From Eledone cirrhosa (Eukaryota): a DNA stretch of 64,000 nt. The DNA lies in contig OZ024743.1 in assembly GCA_964016885.1 (NCBI GenBank), positions 326,058,001 to 326,122,000 on the forward strand. Reading direction: 5' to 3'. Shown here one piece after another: positions 13,422-28,851 of this stretch (its first letter is position 1; the number at the start of each line of letters is the position of its first letter). A program made the translations under genes and the position numbers. The notes beneath the pieces are model-generated. The model saw nothing but the letters and a program-made list of their open reading frames with translations, was not told the origin of the DNA and ran no database searches.

Positions 13422-13451
13422 CTATGTATGCGTGTGTGTGTGCGTGTGTGT

Positions 13452-14850
13452 TATCATCATCATCACCGTTTAACGTCCATTTTCCATGCTAGTATGGGTT
13501 ACAGGAGTTGTCCCGTTGTGAGACAAGCCATGTGGGGTGATCATGTTTTGCTCATACAGAATTATATCTGGCTTGGATTCTACGGCTGGATGCTTTTCCT
13601 AACGCCAACCACATTTACAGCGAGGACCGGGAGCTTTTTGTCGTGTCACCAACACGACCACTTTACAGGGTGGGCTGGGAGCGTTTTCTCATGTCACCAA
13701 CATGACCACTTTACAGGTTGGGCTGAGTGCTTTTTGTCATTTCACCAGCACGACCACCTTACATTGTGGACTAGATTATTTTGTTGTATCAGCAGCATGA
13801 CCACCTTACAGGGTGAACTAAGAGCTTTTAGCAATTTCAGCAGCATTTTGGGAGAGCGTGTCCAGCTTTCCATGCTTGTATGCATAGGTTGGATAAAACA
13901 GATGTATCAGATGTGGAAGATGGGAGGTGGGGGAGGCGTAGTGCGTATATGAAGGATGGGAATTGGCGAGGTAGGTTTAAGGTGGAATACTTAGCTGGTG
14001 AAGGGTAGTGTTAAGACGTGGGAGGTGTACGGATAAGTATGTTTGTATACGTTTGTATTACAGACAGTGTGTATTATAGTGTGTGTTACTGAGAGGGTGT
14101 ATTATTATGATGGTGGTTGGCAGTATTGGTAGAGCGTCGGACAATATGCTTTGCAGCATAGAGTCTCTTTACGTTCTGAATTCAAATCCCACCAAGGTTA
14201 ACTTTACCTTTCGTCCTTACGGGGTCGATAAAACAAAGCACCAGTAATCCACTGGAGTAATTGCTGGCCTTGTACCAAAAGTAGAAACAATTGTTAATTC
14301 TAACCATTCTGGCTGTTTTTCTGCACATGGCTTGTTCTGCCCTCACAAGACACTCATCTACCTCTAATTTCCTCAGTGTCGACTAGATTACGAAACGGGA
14401 GATTCTGTCAAATGCTTTCTCCGGGTCAAATGCCACGTAGAGGGGCTTACATTTAGCTAGGTACTTCTACTGTTGCCTCATAATGAAGAGAGCAACATAA
14501 GAAAGAGAACATCATTTTACCTTGCTCAAATCCGAACTGCATCTCATCTAGGCTAATTCAATCCCTAATCAGTTGTACAATGACTCTTTCAGTAACATTC
14601 ATGCCCCGATAGATGCCTCTGTCTAGTGCATCTCCTTTGCCCTTGTAGCAGTTGACGTTGATGGGGATAGTCGCTAACTCCTAGGTTATGTGGGGGGGGG
14701 CATTCCTCACCAAGGAGGAACTTTGTGTTTACAACCATCACTCTATCTCGCCTTCTGGTGAGGATATAATCTAAAATCTGGGTGGGTTCATTGGTGTAAT
14801 GGTAGCGTACTCGTCCGGTAAATGAGAAATATGGGTTCGACACCCACCTT
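13452..14850 (-). mobile_element. Degenerate RTE-like LINE fragments with a SINE inserted at about 14110-14295
   Basis: (CAT)n-CGTTTAACGTC 3' tail also seen at 47900 and 52432; minus-strand remnants such as QILDYILTRRRDR and GEEC..HNL. Confidence 0.5.
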
Positions 14851-14973
14851 TTTTTCGTTCAATGGGTTTATACACTCCGTTATTAAACTATTTTATTTTG
14901 TTAAATGTTACGGCAAAGCTTTCTATTTCTATTTTCAAACTTCGCTCGTCGCTTTCTAAACATACTTCCTTTG

Positions 14974-15081
<108 letters not shown>

Positions 15082-15643
15082 ATATATATATATATTTATT
15101 TCTTATAGATATACGTTTCTTGTAGATATACGTGTGTGTGTGTGCGCGTGTACCTTGTTTGTCTTCTTTTCTTTAATTTTTTCTTTCTAAATTATTGTTC
15201 CATTTTTATAAATATATCGAGAATGATACTTTCTTTTAATTATTACACTCCCTTACCTCTTTTACTTCCGCATATAAGTGTACGTGCGTGTGGGTGTGTT
15301 TATACGCGTGCCTTCATATTCTTATAATGTATCTATTACCCTATTTTTCTGTGTACCTGCCAAACAGAAAACCACATCATGTCTGTCTGTAGCTTACAGA
15401 TACACAGATACACTTGCCCTAACACATATATTTACGCACACTTTTTCACTATACGTATACATTTGTACATACACATATATGTACATCTGTGAGCGTATAT
15501 ACATACATATACACACACCTAACTATATTTCTTGAAAGATTTTTATATATTTCATATGGCTATTGTAATTCATTTGTCTATATTTATATAATTTTTTTTT
15601 GCTTTTCTTGATGAGACTTTCCAAATATTTAGCCATGTTTTAT

Positions 15644-15721
15644 ATTACCTCGTCTGACGAACGAATGAAGACGTTTCTTTCGTATTCGCCTCATTCGGGA
15701 AACCTCTGGTAATGAGGTAAT
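15644..15721 (+). ncRNA. Hammerhead ribozyme
   Basis: 10-bp stem I ATTACCTCGT/ATGAGGTAAT, CTGACGA core, stem II CGAATGA/TCATTCG, GAAA-CC-TCT-GG-TA. Confidence 0.88.
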
Positions 15722-15745
15722 TATATAGTATTGATTTTTATACAT

Positions 15746-15913
<168 letters not shown>

Positions 15914-17127
15914 AATCTACCAAAATGTACGGTAGTGTCCAATCCGTATGAAGAACTCAATGTAATCCGAATATCATGAAAAGAGAAGATGTATTCAAAA
16001 AATATTTTTTTTCGATGAAAAATACAGGAAAACAGAGTCAAGATAAATTAATAAAAATAATGAATAAAAACAAAGAAACAGTTCCTTATATTAAAAAATT
16101 CATCATTTTACGATCGTTTCTAGGATATATATGTTTGTGTTGGTATGTATATCATATAGATCTATGTAAAATTTTTACAAACTATCAGAGGGAATATACA
16201 TACCTACACATATATATGCTGGCTTCAGAAATAATGATATTTGTTTATTGAAAAAAACCAACAAAGATTTAATATAATAGGTCTGTTTGGGAACAGGTTT
16301 TGAATTGACCAATAGAAAGGTAGTAAGTGGTCAAGATGGTAGAATAGTAGTAATAGAACTTTAATTTAGGGGTAGATGAAAGCAGATTTCAGTTTTGAAT
16401 GGAAAGAGTATGATGAATGAAAAGATTATTTTAGGGATGAAAATAGGTCAAGTCGGTAAAAGGTACACGAAAAATTGATGTTATAAAAGAATAATGCTAA
16501 TGTAAATATCTAAGGAGAATAACATTTTACGATAAATGTGTTAGTGAAAAATATCAATCTTATTTAAAATATAGGGAATTTACATCTATAAAAAGAAAAT
16601 AAATTAATTAAATTGATAGGTATATTTATATTGATAAATTTATATTAATTCATATAGATATGATAAATAAGAGTTAGATGTAATTGAAGAATGCTGTTAA
16701 AAACGAAGGGAAAATTAAAAAAATAATAATTATTATTATTGGGGGAGGGGGTAAATTTATTAGTGAGAAATAACAAATTTATATAGATTATAAGGAATAT
16801 AGAATCATAACCTGAAATTAAAATAGTTTATATGTATACTTATTGATATAAATTTTAGGAAAAGATAGCTGTAAAAGGGAAATAAAATTATGCAGTTCAT
16901 TTGTAGTAGAATATTAATTATGGGTTAACTAATTTAAAAAAAATAAAATAAAATTTTAAAAAAATGTTATTATAATAATTTCTAAAGTGTATATTAATTA
17001 GATTTATAATATTTAAAAGTTCTTCTCAATTTATGATTACATGATATAATTAATTCCTGTCGTTTATTTAATAGGATATCCTTAGATTTCATTATTTCAA
17101 AAAGTTCCATTATACAACAAAATATAA

Positions 17128-17727
17128 GTGCCTCTAATGCATATAAATGTTAAAAAAACCATGAATATACCACCAATACATCAAACTAACCATAATACTA
17201 AAATAAACCACAGCAAACCACCATCTCATTCACATACAACAAGTCGTGAAAATTCCACACCTAATTTGACTAACTCCCATGATATAACATTCACGAAAGG
17301 TTGTAACTGTAGAAACAAAGTAAATTGCCCATTAAAAGGAAATTGCCTTATTAATAACATAGTATATAAATGTAAAATTAACACTAAGGACTCAACTTAT
17401 TCATATATAGGAGCTACTTCTAACCAATTTAAAGTAAGATTTAATACCCACAAACACAGTTTTAAAAATGCCGCATTAGCTAATACAACATCTTTAGCTG
17501 AAATAATTAATAATTATAGAAAAAGGAATATAGATTATGACCTGACCTGGAGTGTGCTCAAAAGGGCTATCCCTTATCAAAATAATAGATATGAGTGTAG
17601 ATTATGTTCCCAGGAACTTTTTGAAATAATGAAATCTAAGGATATCCTATTAAATAAACGACAGGAATTAATTATATCATCTAATCATAAATTGAGAAGA
17701 ACTTTTAAATATTATAAACCTAATTAA
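17128..17727 (+). pseudogene. PLE C-terminal GIY-YIG endonuclease fragment
   Basis: CNCRNKVNCPLKGNCLINNIVYKC..YIGAT..FKVRFNTH..CRLCSQE. Confidence 0.85.
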
Positions 17728-18470
17728 TATACACTTTAGAAATTATTATAATAACATTTTTTTTTTTTTTTTTAAATTAGTTAACCTATAATTAATATTC
17801 TACTACTAATGAACTGCATAATTTTATTTCCCTTTTACAGCTATCTTTTCCTAAAATTTATACCAATAAGTATACATATAGACTATTTTAATTTCAGGTT
17901 ATGATTCTATATTCCTTATAATCTATATAAATTTGTTATTTCTCACTAATAAATTTACCCCCTCCCCCAATAATAATTATTATTATTTTTTTATTTTCCC
18001 TTCGTTTTTAACAGCATTCTTCAATTACATCTAACTCTTATTTATCATATCTATATGAATTAATATAAATTTATCAATATAAATATACCTATCAATTTAA
18101 TTCATTTATTTTCTTTTTATAGATGTAAATTCCCTATATTTTAAATAAGATTGATATTTTTCACTAACACATTTATCGTAAAATGTTATTCTCCTTAGAT
18201 ATTTACATTAGCATTATTCTTTTATAACATCAATTTTTCGTGTACCTTTTACCGACTTGACCTATTTTCATCCCTAAAATAATCTTTTCATTCATCATAC
18301 TCTTTCCATTCAAAACTGAAATCTGCTTTCATCTACCCCTAAATTAAAGTTCTATTACTACTATTCTACCATCTTGACCACTTACTACCTTTCTATTGGT
18401 CAATTCAAAACCTGTTCCCAAACAGACCTATTATATTAAATCTTTGTTGGTTTTTTTCAATAAACAAATA

Positions 18471-18608
18471 TCATTATTTCTGAAGCCAGCATATATATGT
18501 GTAGGTATGTATATTCCCTCTGATAGTTTGTAAAAATTTTACATAGATCTATATGATATACATACCAACACAAACATATATATCCTAGAAACGATCGTAA
18601 AATGATGA
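18471..18608 (+). ncRNA. Hammerhead motif with long stem II insertion (mirror copy at 16100-16237, minus strand)
   Basis: TCATTATTT-CTGAAGC..about 100 nt..GAAA-CGATCG-TA-AAATGATGA. Confidence 0.6.
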
Positions 18609-18677
18609 ATTTTTTAATATAAGGAACTGTTTCTTTGTTTTTATTCATTATTTTTATTAATTTATATATATATATAT

Positions 18678-18751
<74 letters not shown>

Positions 18752-18752
18752 T

Positions 18753-18846
<94 letters not shown>

Positions 18847-19084
18847 ATAGTAATAATAATAAATTTGAAGACTAAAATCCAAAGAGGGCTCGATAAGGGC
18901 AAATATATATCAGATATATAAGAACCGTAGAGCAAATATTTATTAAAATAACAGATTAAAGTTTAAGCAAAGAATCGCTGCTTTCACCCTTAACGGGATC
19001 TGAAACTAAAAAAGTCAATCTGTGAACGCAGAAGTAAATATTTCAAAAAACGTTGCAACCGAAGAAAGACAGGAAGACGATACT

Positions 19085-19370
19085 TAGGTTCGTGGAAACG
19101 TTCCCTGGCAAAAAACGGGGGAAAAAACGAAGATAATACGTCATTATTTGGAGCGGTGAAAACAATTACACGCAAAGACAAAACCACGTTTATGGTATAT
19201 ATGAAGTCATAGACTAATATTCTATTAGGTGGTTCATGGAGACGTTCTCTGGCAATGAACGGAAAAAACGAAGATAATACGTCATTATGTGGAACATTGA
19301 GAACAAATACACGCAAAGACAAAACCATGTAAATGGTATAACTGAAGTCGTAGACTAAAATTCTATTTAG
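19085..19370. repeat. Two-copy tandem repeat of about 140 bp
   Basis: AAAAAACGAAGATAATACGTCATTAT and ACACGCAAAGACAAAACCA each occur twice. Confidence 0.7.
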
Positions 19371-19845
19371 GAAACCGAATGATTCTCGGCTTCAGAATTA
19401 AGAATAAAGTAAATTAAATACAGAGGTAATTGAAATTAAATATATACATACACGCATCCAAATACCTACATACACAAGCATACGCGAAAACACTCGCCAT
19501 GGGTATGTAAATACAAGCACGTACACAAAAAAATACGCACCCACATATAGAACCCACGCAACGCCTGTACCTGAACACATACGAACGTATACACCAAATA
19601 CACATAAAATTATATATATACACATAAAAAAAAAAAATATATATATATATATACATATATATATACATCCACAGCAAGGCACGAGGGAAACCTAAGGGCA
19701 GCAGCAACAAACTCCCTCTTGCACCAGTGGCCAACCAATACGGGCTGGAGATAAAATGTGTAGCAACAAGGGCGGTGCCCCAGCATACCTCAGCCGGATG
19801 GCTGGAACAGGTAAAAGAGTAAAAGAGTAGATATATATATATGTG

Positions 19846-19956
<111 letters not shown>

Positions 19957-20260
19957 TGTGTATATATATATATACGTATATACCAAAGATTAATATGGTC
20001 CATTGATTACTCAATGAATATAGTTTTACAATATATTAAAAGCTTATGTATGTATTTATTTATTTTCTTCTTGCATTTCCTCATACTCACCCCCTCCTTA
20101 TACCTATATCTCACTCCACATCCTCTTCTTCATTAAATTTAAGTTTATCATGTTATTATTTGTGGTATATAAATGTTGAGATTTGTTGTAATAAATCACT
20201 GCCAATACTGGAATTGAACCATCATGACCGTTGAGGTATGTCATACATCAATTCATGTAT

Positions 20261-20320
20261 TTTATCTGACGAGGACGTACTGAAAAAACAGCACAGTACC
20301 TTCGAAATATATATAATAAA
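20261..20320 (+). ncRNA. Hammerhead ribozyme in PLE pLTR
   Basis: TTTAT-CTGACGA-GGACGTACTG..CAGTACCTTC-GAAA-TATATA-TA-ATAAA. Confidence 0.78.
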
Positions 20321-20365
20321 ACATATATTTTGATTATGTGAATATCTTCATTTATTAATATTCTG

Positions 20366-20449
<84 letters not shown>

Positions 20450-20454
<5 letters not shown>

Positions 20455-22715
20455 TTCAAAATATTAACAAAATAGATATTCTTGTGATCAAGTATATTTT
20501 ATTATACATATTTCAGAGGTACTGAGTTAAGCTCAACAGTACGTCCTCATCAGATAAAATAAGATGATCCATGACATACCCTGACATAGTAGATGGTTAA
20601 GATTCAGTCATGGTAATGAGTAATATATGACAAAACTCAATATTTATGTACCTTTATATTGAGAACATGAGAAAAATATATAATACATACAATAGAGAGG
20701 GTGAGTGTGAGACAGCTTAAAAAATACTTGACATCAATATAACTGTTAAAAAATTTTAAATACTGAAGAAAGGGGAAAGAAAGGAAAGCATAGAGGAAGA
20801 AACAGTTGATGGGATAATATAGTTAGTAGGTGCCTCGAAAGACAAAAGAGAGTTGATTATAGAGAGAGAGACAAAGGGGAATAATTTATGTTCAAGTTTT
20901 TAGACAATTATCCATATATACAATATATATCTAAACTTATTTGGTTGACCGTTAATATTCAAAATATTTAATTTAAGTTAGTTCAGAGTAATGAATAATA
21001 TTTTAGGTTTTAAAAGTTAATAGGTATCTGTATTAATATTAAAGTATACTATTAAGTTTAATTTCTAAAATCAAATTTTATGAAATCAAATTTAAAGGAT
21101 TTACAAACACGAGAAAGAAAACATAATGTTTTTACAACCTCACGAAAGTAAACTTTACCAAAATTATTTATAATATTGACAACAGTTTATATAATATAAT
21201 TTATAAAATAATTACAGTTATAATTATTAAAGAATTTATGATTAACAATGTGAGTGCCTAAAGGATCAACAGGCCTTATAATTAAACTTAAAGAGGTCTG
21301 AATTTTAAATTACATATATGTGTTAATCCAAAAAATATACAAAGATTATATTGTCTAAAGACTTACGGTGATACCTTTCAAATATACATAACATAATACA
21401 ATAATACAATATAGTAAATAAGTTACTGAAAGTATTGTTAAAAATTAATGTTTAGATCAATTATTGTAAAAGGATCATTTAGTTGATATATACTATAAAT
21501 ATATAAATCAAAGCTACATGAGTCCTAAGGATAAGGGCTAGATACAAAATAAAAATAAAAAGTGAAAAATAATGAATTGTTTGCGAAACATAAAAATGCC
21601 CAATATTAAAAATATAGTTTAAAATGTGAGGGGGTTTTAATATATAGTAGACAAAAGATACTTCTAAAATGTCCAGTGAATGTGATAGAAAGAGGAGCTA
21701 AAGACTTGAAAAGGCCGAAGATAATCTAAATTTAATTAAAATAAATTAAATTATATTAAATTAAGTAATAATCATTATATAATTTCGAACATCCAGGGAA
21801 TATCTAACACTTATAACAATAGAGTTGAATATCTAAATTATTTATAAATGTAAGTACGAGCATGTTATTACACTAGATAAACATATTTGTACAACTATAT
21901 ATAGAGAGTATTATAGGTATTAATGAAACGATATACATTTAATAAATAAATAATTACAATCATTATTAGTAATGCTATAATTGTAGTTTTACCTCTAGTT
22001 CAGTGGAGAGAGAGGCCAATATTTGTCGACTAGTATGGTTTGTTATAATTATACCTAGATATATATAAAAATATATAAGTGCAAATCTAACTTTCTGAGT
22101 CCCCAAAACATACCCAAAATTAGTAAAATATATAAATGTATGAATGATCTCCGGTTCAAATATAACCGGTAATCTTACAAGTTAAATATCAAAATTATAT
22201 ATTTAAAACAGAGACAAATAAATAAAGATGCGAATCTAAATTATAAATATCTAAAATAATCCAAAGGTATGCATATTTATCAAGAGAACAAGTTACCAAA
22301 TAATATGTTTATATACCTAAACAGGATCATTCATTCTAACATTAATTCTATCATAAATGATTAGAAAATAAAGTATTATTAAAGTTTTATAAACCGTTAT
22401 AACATTTTAGGTCCAACGGTTGATAAGAGACGTCAAAAATTAAAGCCTGTTTGTTTAGTGTTTTTTCCTGATTTTTTGCGAGGCTTGGAATGTAGACAAA
22501 GCTTTATGAAGGCAGTTTGAGAATAATTCACTTTTTTTGTTAATTAAGTTTTCATAATTAGTAATTATTAATAGGGTCTCCTTTGTGCAGAGGTTGCAGT
22601 TAGTTGATATAGACGATAATAGTTGATAATAACTCTGGAAAACCATACTGTTGAGTGCTTCCAATCTATTGTAAAACTCATTCTTTGATTTATTCCTTGA
22701 ACCTTGTTTAACTTT

Positions 22716-22720
<5 letters not shown>
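20450..22720 (-). mobile_element. PLE 3' portion: ORF end, long AT-rich UTR, hammerhead at 20495-20560
   Basis: ORF 22455-22799 has CNLCTKETLLII..LINKKSELFSNCLH; minus strand ATTTTAT-CTGATGA-GGACGTACTG..CAGTACCTCT-GAAA-TATGTA-TA-ATAAAAT. Confidence 0.75.
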
Positions 22721-22769
<49 letters not shown>

Positions 22770-22771
<2 letters not shown>

Positions 22772-25045
22772 TTATATTTAATTTGTTGGGATACAACAAG
22801 CAAAATATTTTTATAACTGATATAAAGCACTCAACAAATTATTGGAGTAAATATACAATATATTAACAAATGGAAACTATATTTATAAAACCATATTTAT
22901 TTCATTATACATATTTCAAGGGCCACCAGAGCAAACTATGGTGCGCTTTCATCAGATAAAATATAATATAGGTTAGTTTTATAAATAAATATTGACATAC
23001 CCTTAAAAAATGCAACCATTCTGGTTGGAATCTCCTGGGTAGTGGAGTTATTAGATTTATTGTTGGTTTATTATGCAAATTAGTGTTGGAAAGGTTTAAA
23101 ACAGTATATTTAAATTAAGCCGTTGGAATAAGGAAAAAAGAAAAGAAAGAGAAAAAATGAAGGAAAGAAAGAAAGAGAGAAATCTGAGTATATTTTAGTG
23201 AGAGAGAATAGCGTTATTTTGAGAGAAGAGGCGAAGAGATAAATATAGTGTGGATGAATACCGTAAGATGGATAAATCAATAATTGTTTCTACTTTAGGC
23301 ACAAGGCCAGCAATTATCCCAGTGCATTACTGGTACTTTATTTTATCGACCCCGTAAGGATGAAAGGCAAAGTCAACCTCGGCGGGATTTGAACTCAGAT
23401 CGTAAAGGGACGTAACTATGCTGGAAAGCATGGCGTCCGACCCTCCATCGATACTGCCAATAATCAATAATTGTTTCTACTTTAGGCACAAGGCCAGCAA
23501 TCACCCAGTGCATTACTGGTACTTTATTTTATCGACCCCGTAAGGATGAAAGGCAAAGTCAACCTCGGCGGGATTTGAACTCAGATCATAAAGGGACGTA
23601 ACTATGCTGGAAAGCATGGCGTCCGACCCTCTACCGATACTGCCAATCCACCATAATAACAACTAATAACATATACTAATAAAAAATATATAGTGTGGAT
23701 GAATACCGTAAGATGGATAAATCAATAATTGTTTCTACTTTTTGGCACAAGGCCAGCAATTATCCCAGTGTATTACTGGTACTTTATTTTATCGTCCCCG
23801 TAAGGATGAAAGGCAAAGTTAACCTCGGCGGGATTTAAAATCAATAATAACTAATAACATATACTAATAAAAAAAATATATAGTGTGGATGAATACCGTA
23901 AGATGGATAAATCAATAATAACAACTAATAACAGATACTAATAAAAAAGATGGATAAAACAATAATAAAGTTAAGTTGAAGAATTTATCTAATGTTTAAT
24001 TAATAATGTTTAATTAATAATTTTGATTAAATGTTTAATTACTAATTTATCAATTCAATCAGTAGTTTAAATGTTTAAATGTGTATGTTATATTATATTA
24101 TTATTAGAGAATATATATTATTAAAAATTATATTATTAAAGAATATATATTATTAAATACAGTATATTTAAATTAAGCCGTTGGAATAGGGAAAAAAAGA
24201 AAGAGAAAAACGAAAGAAATAAAGAGAGAAACCTGAGTATATTTTAGTGAGAGAGAATAGCGTAATTTTGAGGGAGGAGGCGAAGAAAATAAATATAGCG
24301 TGGATGAATACTAATAACAACCAATAACAGATACTAATAAAAATGGATAAAGCAAAGCTGAAGAATTTATCTAATGTTTAATTAATTTGATTAAATGTTT
24401 AAATAATAATTTATCGATTCAATCCGTAGATTAAATGTTTAAATGTGTATGTTATATTATTAAAGTTGAGACCTATATATTATTATTAAAGAATATATAT
24501 TATTTTTAAAAATATATTATTAAAAAACCCAATATAATTTTATTATTATTAATTAATTAATTAATTATTTTTAAAAATGTTTAAGTTTAAAATATTCGAA
24601 TATTTCTAAGCTCATGGAATTTCTGAGAGTTTACCGAAGAATAATCACTTATATGTAATAGCAGTAGAGCGTAAAGGAAATTGCTAGCGATTTAATAATA
24701 ATTATTAAGATAGCTCTAAGGATTAAATGTTATAAAGTTAAATGTTATAAAGTTAAGATGTTAAAAAAAAATTTAATTATCCATCTTAATAGTGTAATTA
24801 GAGCATGAATTTTATGTTATTTTATATAAAGTTATAAATTCATAACTCAACCTGTTATACAGTTATGACTGTTAAAAACATAAATTTTTTTTTATAACGT
24901 GTTAACATTAAAAAATTCATTCATTGGAATATATCCAAAGCATAAACCCTAAAAAATCTTTCACAAGAGTACATCTGTAGAATATATTTAAAGTATAAAT
25001 TTCATATGTATATATAAACACTTTGACATATACATACACACACAT

Positions 25046-25076
<31 letters not shown>

Positions 25077-26680
25077 TACATCAAGAATCTGAAAAATATA
25101 TACACAATATATTCAATATAAAATATGAAATATTAATTATAATTTAAATTATGAATTATGAATTCCTCGTTCCCATCATAGGAATTTTCAGAAAAAACTT
25201 CTCTTCAAATCTTTCAGTGCATTTATCAAGAAGAGTTCCCAAAGAAAAAATCCTTTCAAGATAGTTACAAGCAATCATATGAAGGAATCCAATGAATTAT
25301 CGATAGGTTTAATAAAGATGAGTTATGTATTACAATTTATATATATATTTAAACGTTGAGTTCAATCTATGTTTGCAAGAACTGAAAAGATTGCTTCTTA
25401 AATTAACAGAATTTTTACTTTTTAATATAAAGAATATTTCCTCTATACAAAGAGCGCAATTTTCAGAAGAAGCATTGAATGGGAGAGCTTTAGAGATAAT
25501 ATTCCTAAGTAAAGAGTAGTTAGTGTTCTTTTATTTTATGTCCCATAGTAAATTAGATAGAGAATTAGAAGATTTTTTATTTATATTCGTAAAAGAGCAT
25601 TTATGGTTATTAAAACGCGCCTTAAAATCTGTGGAGGTAGATCCTACATAATTAAATGAATTTAAATTAGTTTTTACATTACAATTATATACTATATTTT
25701 TAACTAAGCAATTGTTATTTAACAGACAGTTAGATTTATTTCTACAGTTACATTTATCAAAATTTGAGTTTCTATATGCTGTATTATTCAGTTGGATATT
25801 GCTGGGGTTATTAATTGTATTCTGGTTAGGTTTTAAGTTTCTATTATTAATTCTATTAATATTCTGTGCTAAATTACTGGTGGTTGAATAAGTTAATTTT
25901 ATAGTATGTCTATTAAATATTGAGTAATACCTATGTGTTCTAGGGAAGCATTTATCTAGAGCTTTAAAGAATAATTTAGCAATAGGAGTTTTATTACTTA
26001 ATGAGAAAGGAGGAGCGAACCATAATATATTCCTAGTTCTGTTTCTTTTTTTGTTTTCCGAGTTATTATAAGGTTAAAATTATAGTTATTTGTCATAATA
26101 TTACTATCAATGTATTTAATTTTATTTCTATATCCAGCTCTACCTAACGCTTCGTTATAATATTGCGCTTTATCTTCAAAAATATTCTTATTAGCTGAAA
26201 TTCTAGAAATACGTTGCTGCACAGAGTTTACTGTAGTGTTTTTAACGGATCTGGGGTGATTTGAATTAAAATTAACGTAGTTTAAGTTCTCGTTTATTTT
26301 GTGAAATGGATAATAAAGACATGTGTTAAGGTTTAAAGTTACATCTAGAAAGTTGACTATTTTATAATTATTCTCTATTTCTACTTTATGATTAAGGTAA
26401 TTAAAAAATTGTATAATTTCTTTTCTTTTCCTATTTATTTCACAGTTATTATTTTCTATAAGTAATAGCATATCGTCGCGATATAAACCTCCGGTCATCT
26501 CCAGTATTTTACTATGTAGAGTATTATGAACAAAAATCTCCACAAGATCTGTTACCGGGGCGGAATCCGATGACCCCATAGTGATATCGAAATTATTATC
26601 TCTGTCTGCTCTAGTCCAGAGGTGGTTATCAAATTTAATTAATGTTTTCCGTGCAGTTAAGATAATGCGATTTCATTATA
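22770..26680 (-). mobile_element. Degenerate Penelope-like element (RT C-terminus, GIY-YIG, hammerhead at 22901-22960)
   Basis: ORF 25998-26579 has MGS..SA..DL, GGLYRDD, NFLDVTLNL and SNHP; minus 25500-25760 reads CNCRNK..C..NIVY..YVGST..FKARFNNH. Confidence 0.82.
23280..23840 (-). mobile_element. Three SINE copies (GCCTTTCATCCTTACGGGGTCGATAAA family) within a local tandem duplication
   Basis: Same family at 14110, 26715, 41690, 41922, 50525, 52968, 57290, 61992 and 62435; A-box-like TGGCAGTATCGG and B box GAGTTCAAATC. Confidence 0.8.
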
Positions 26681-26823
26681 TATATATATATTTCATTATA
26701 TATATATATAATATAGTTTAAATCCCGCCGAGGTTAACTTTGCCTTTCATCCTTACGGGGTCGATAAAATGAAGTACCAGTAATGTACTGGGTAATTGCT
26801 GGCCTTGTGCCAAATGTAGAAAC

Positions 26824-26854
<31 letters not shown>

Positions 26855-26910
26855 ACAAAGGAATTGTGGTAAGGAACCAGATGGACCATAACGCCCCAGT
26901 ATTGAGTATA

Positions 26911-26960
<50 letters not shown>

Positions 26961-27087
26961 TTAGTTAAGTAAAACAAGACCACAAATTTCACAAGGAAGA
27001 CATTATTAAAAGATTGTCAACATATTTAGTTTGATGTAAGGAATGTAGAGAATAATAATAATAATAATATTAATAATAATAATGCCC

Positions 27088-27209
27088 GTTTACAATTGTT
27101 TCGCTACTCCGTATAATATTTCTGGATCAGATGACTATGTATCATAATTGATCTGGTTCAGTTGAAAATAATTAACATATTTAAAAAAAACAGAGTGGCT
27201 CATCGGAAC
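27088..27209 (-). ncRNA. Hammerhead motif with CCGATGA core and long stem II
   Basis: GTT-CCGATGA-GCCACTCTG..CGGAGTAGC-GAAA-CAATTG-TA-AAC. Confidence 0.6.
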
Positions 27210-27469
27210 TCAAAGGAATATAAATTAAAATAATGTTACATAATATAATGTTCCATATATTAGTTTTTACTATGGTGCCTTTGTTTCATCAGCTGTCAGC
27301 CATAATCAAGCAGTACTCATCTGTCGAGACAGCATTGTGTGAGATCTGCCTATTGCACATTGAGCACATGCCTTTACGCTTAGGCTTCTAACTAACTCAC
27401 CAATCTTTCCTATCATATCTCCTCTACTATCTCAAATTCTCTCTCTTTAAGATTGGTTACTCTTGAACC

Positions 27470-28291
<822 letters not shown>

Positions 28292-28344
28292 AGCAGAAGG
28301 GATATTCAATTTGTTGGTAATTCAACAAATATAAATGTTTATAA

Positions 28345-28775
28345 CTGATTCAGAGCACTCGTAAACCGATTTCCTTGAAATTGCAACTATGCATTAGTCA
28401 GTCTCTTCTTCATACCGTGAGCAAAGAAAATCCAACTTTTTTATGGCCTAGTGCCCGCATTAGGTGAAAAACTTCATTTTTTCAGCTTTTTAGGGCTTTT
28501 TTGAGGCGTTACGTCTAGCCGATTTTCCCGAAATTTCGAGGTATATTATGGACAAAAAAAAAAATTCGTTTTCTTGATCCTCTAGGGCCCGCATTATGTG
28601 AAAACCTGCATTTTTCCTGCTTCATCGAAGAAAATCTTAGTTTATCCAGCCATCATAGTATTCGGTTTATTTTCTTTACATATTTTCCAGGCATGCAGTT
28701 TTTCCACGATTAGGTCTGTTGGCGACGCGCGTTCCAAAATACCTTATCCCGTGCAACGCCGGATACCATTGCTAG
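28345..28775 (+). mobile_element. Helitron-like element, 3' end (start uncertain)
   Basis: CCGTGCAACGCCGG hairpin followed by CTAG|T. Confidence 0.55.
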
Positions 28776-28809
<34 letters not shown>

Positions 28810-28851
28810 TATATACATATATATATACATATATATATATATACATATATA

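Noticed and set aside
23280-23960. CRISPR-like repeat array
   Set aside because: Eukaryotic context; the repeats are SINE copies and local duplications without unique spacers.
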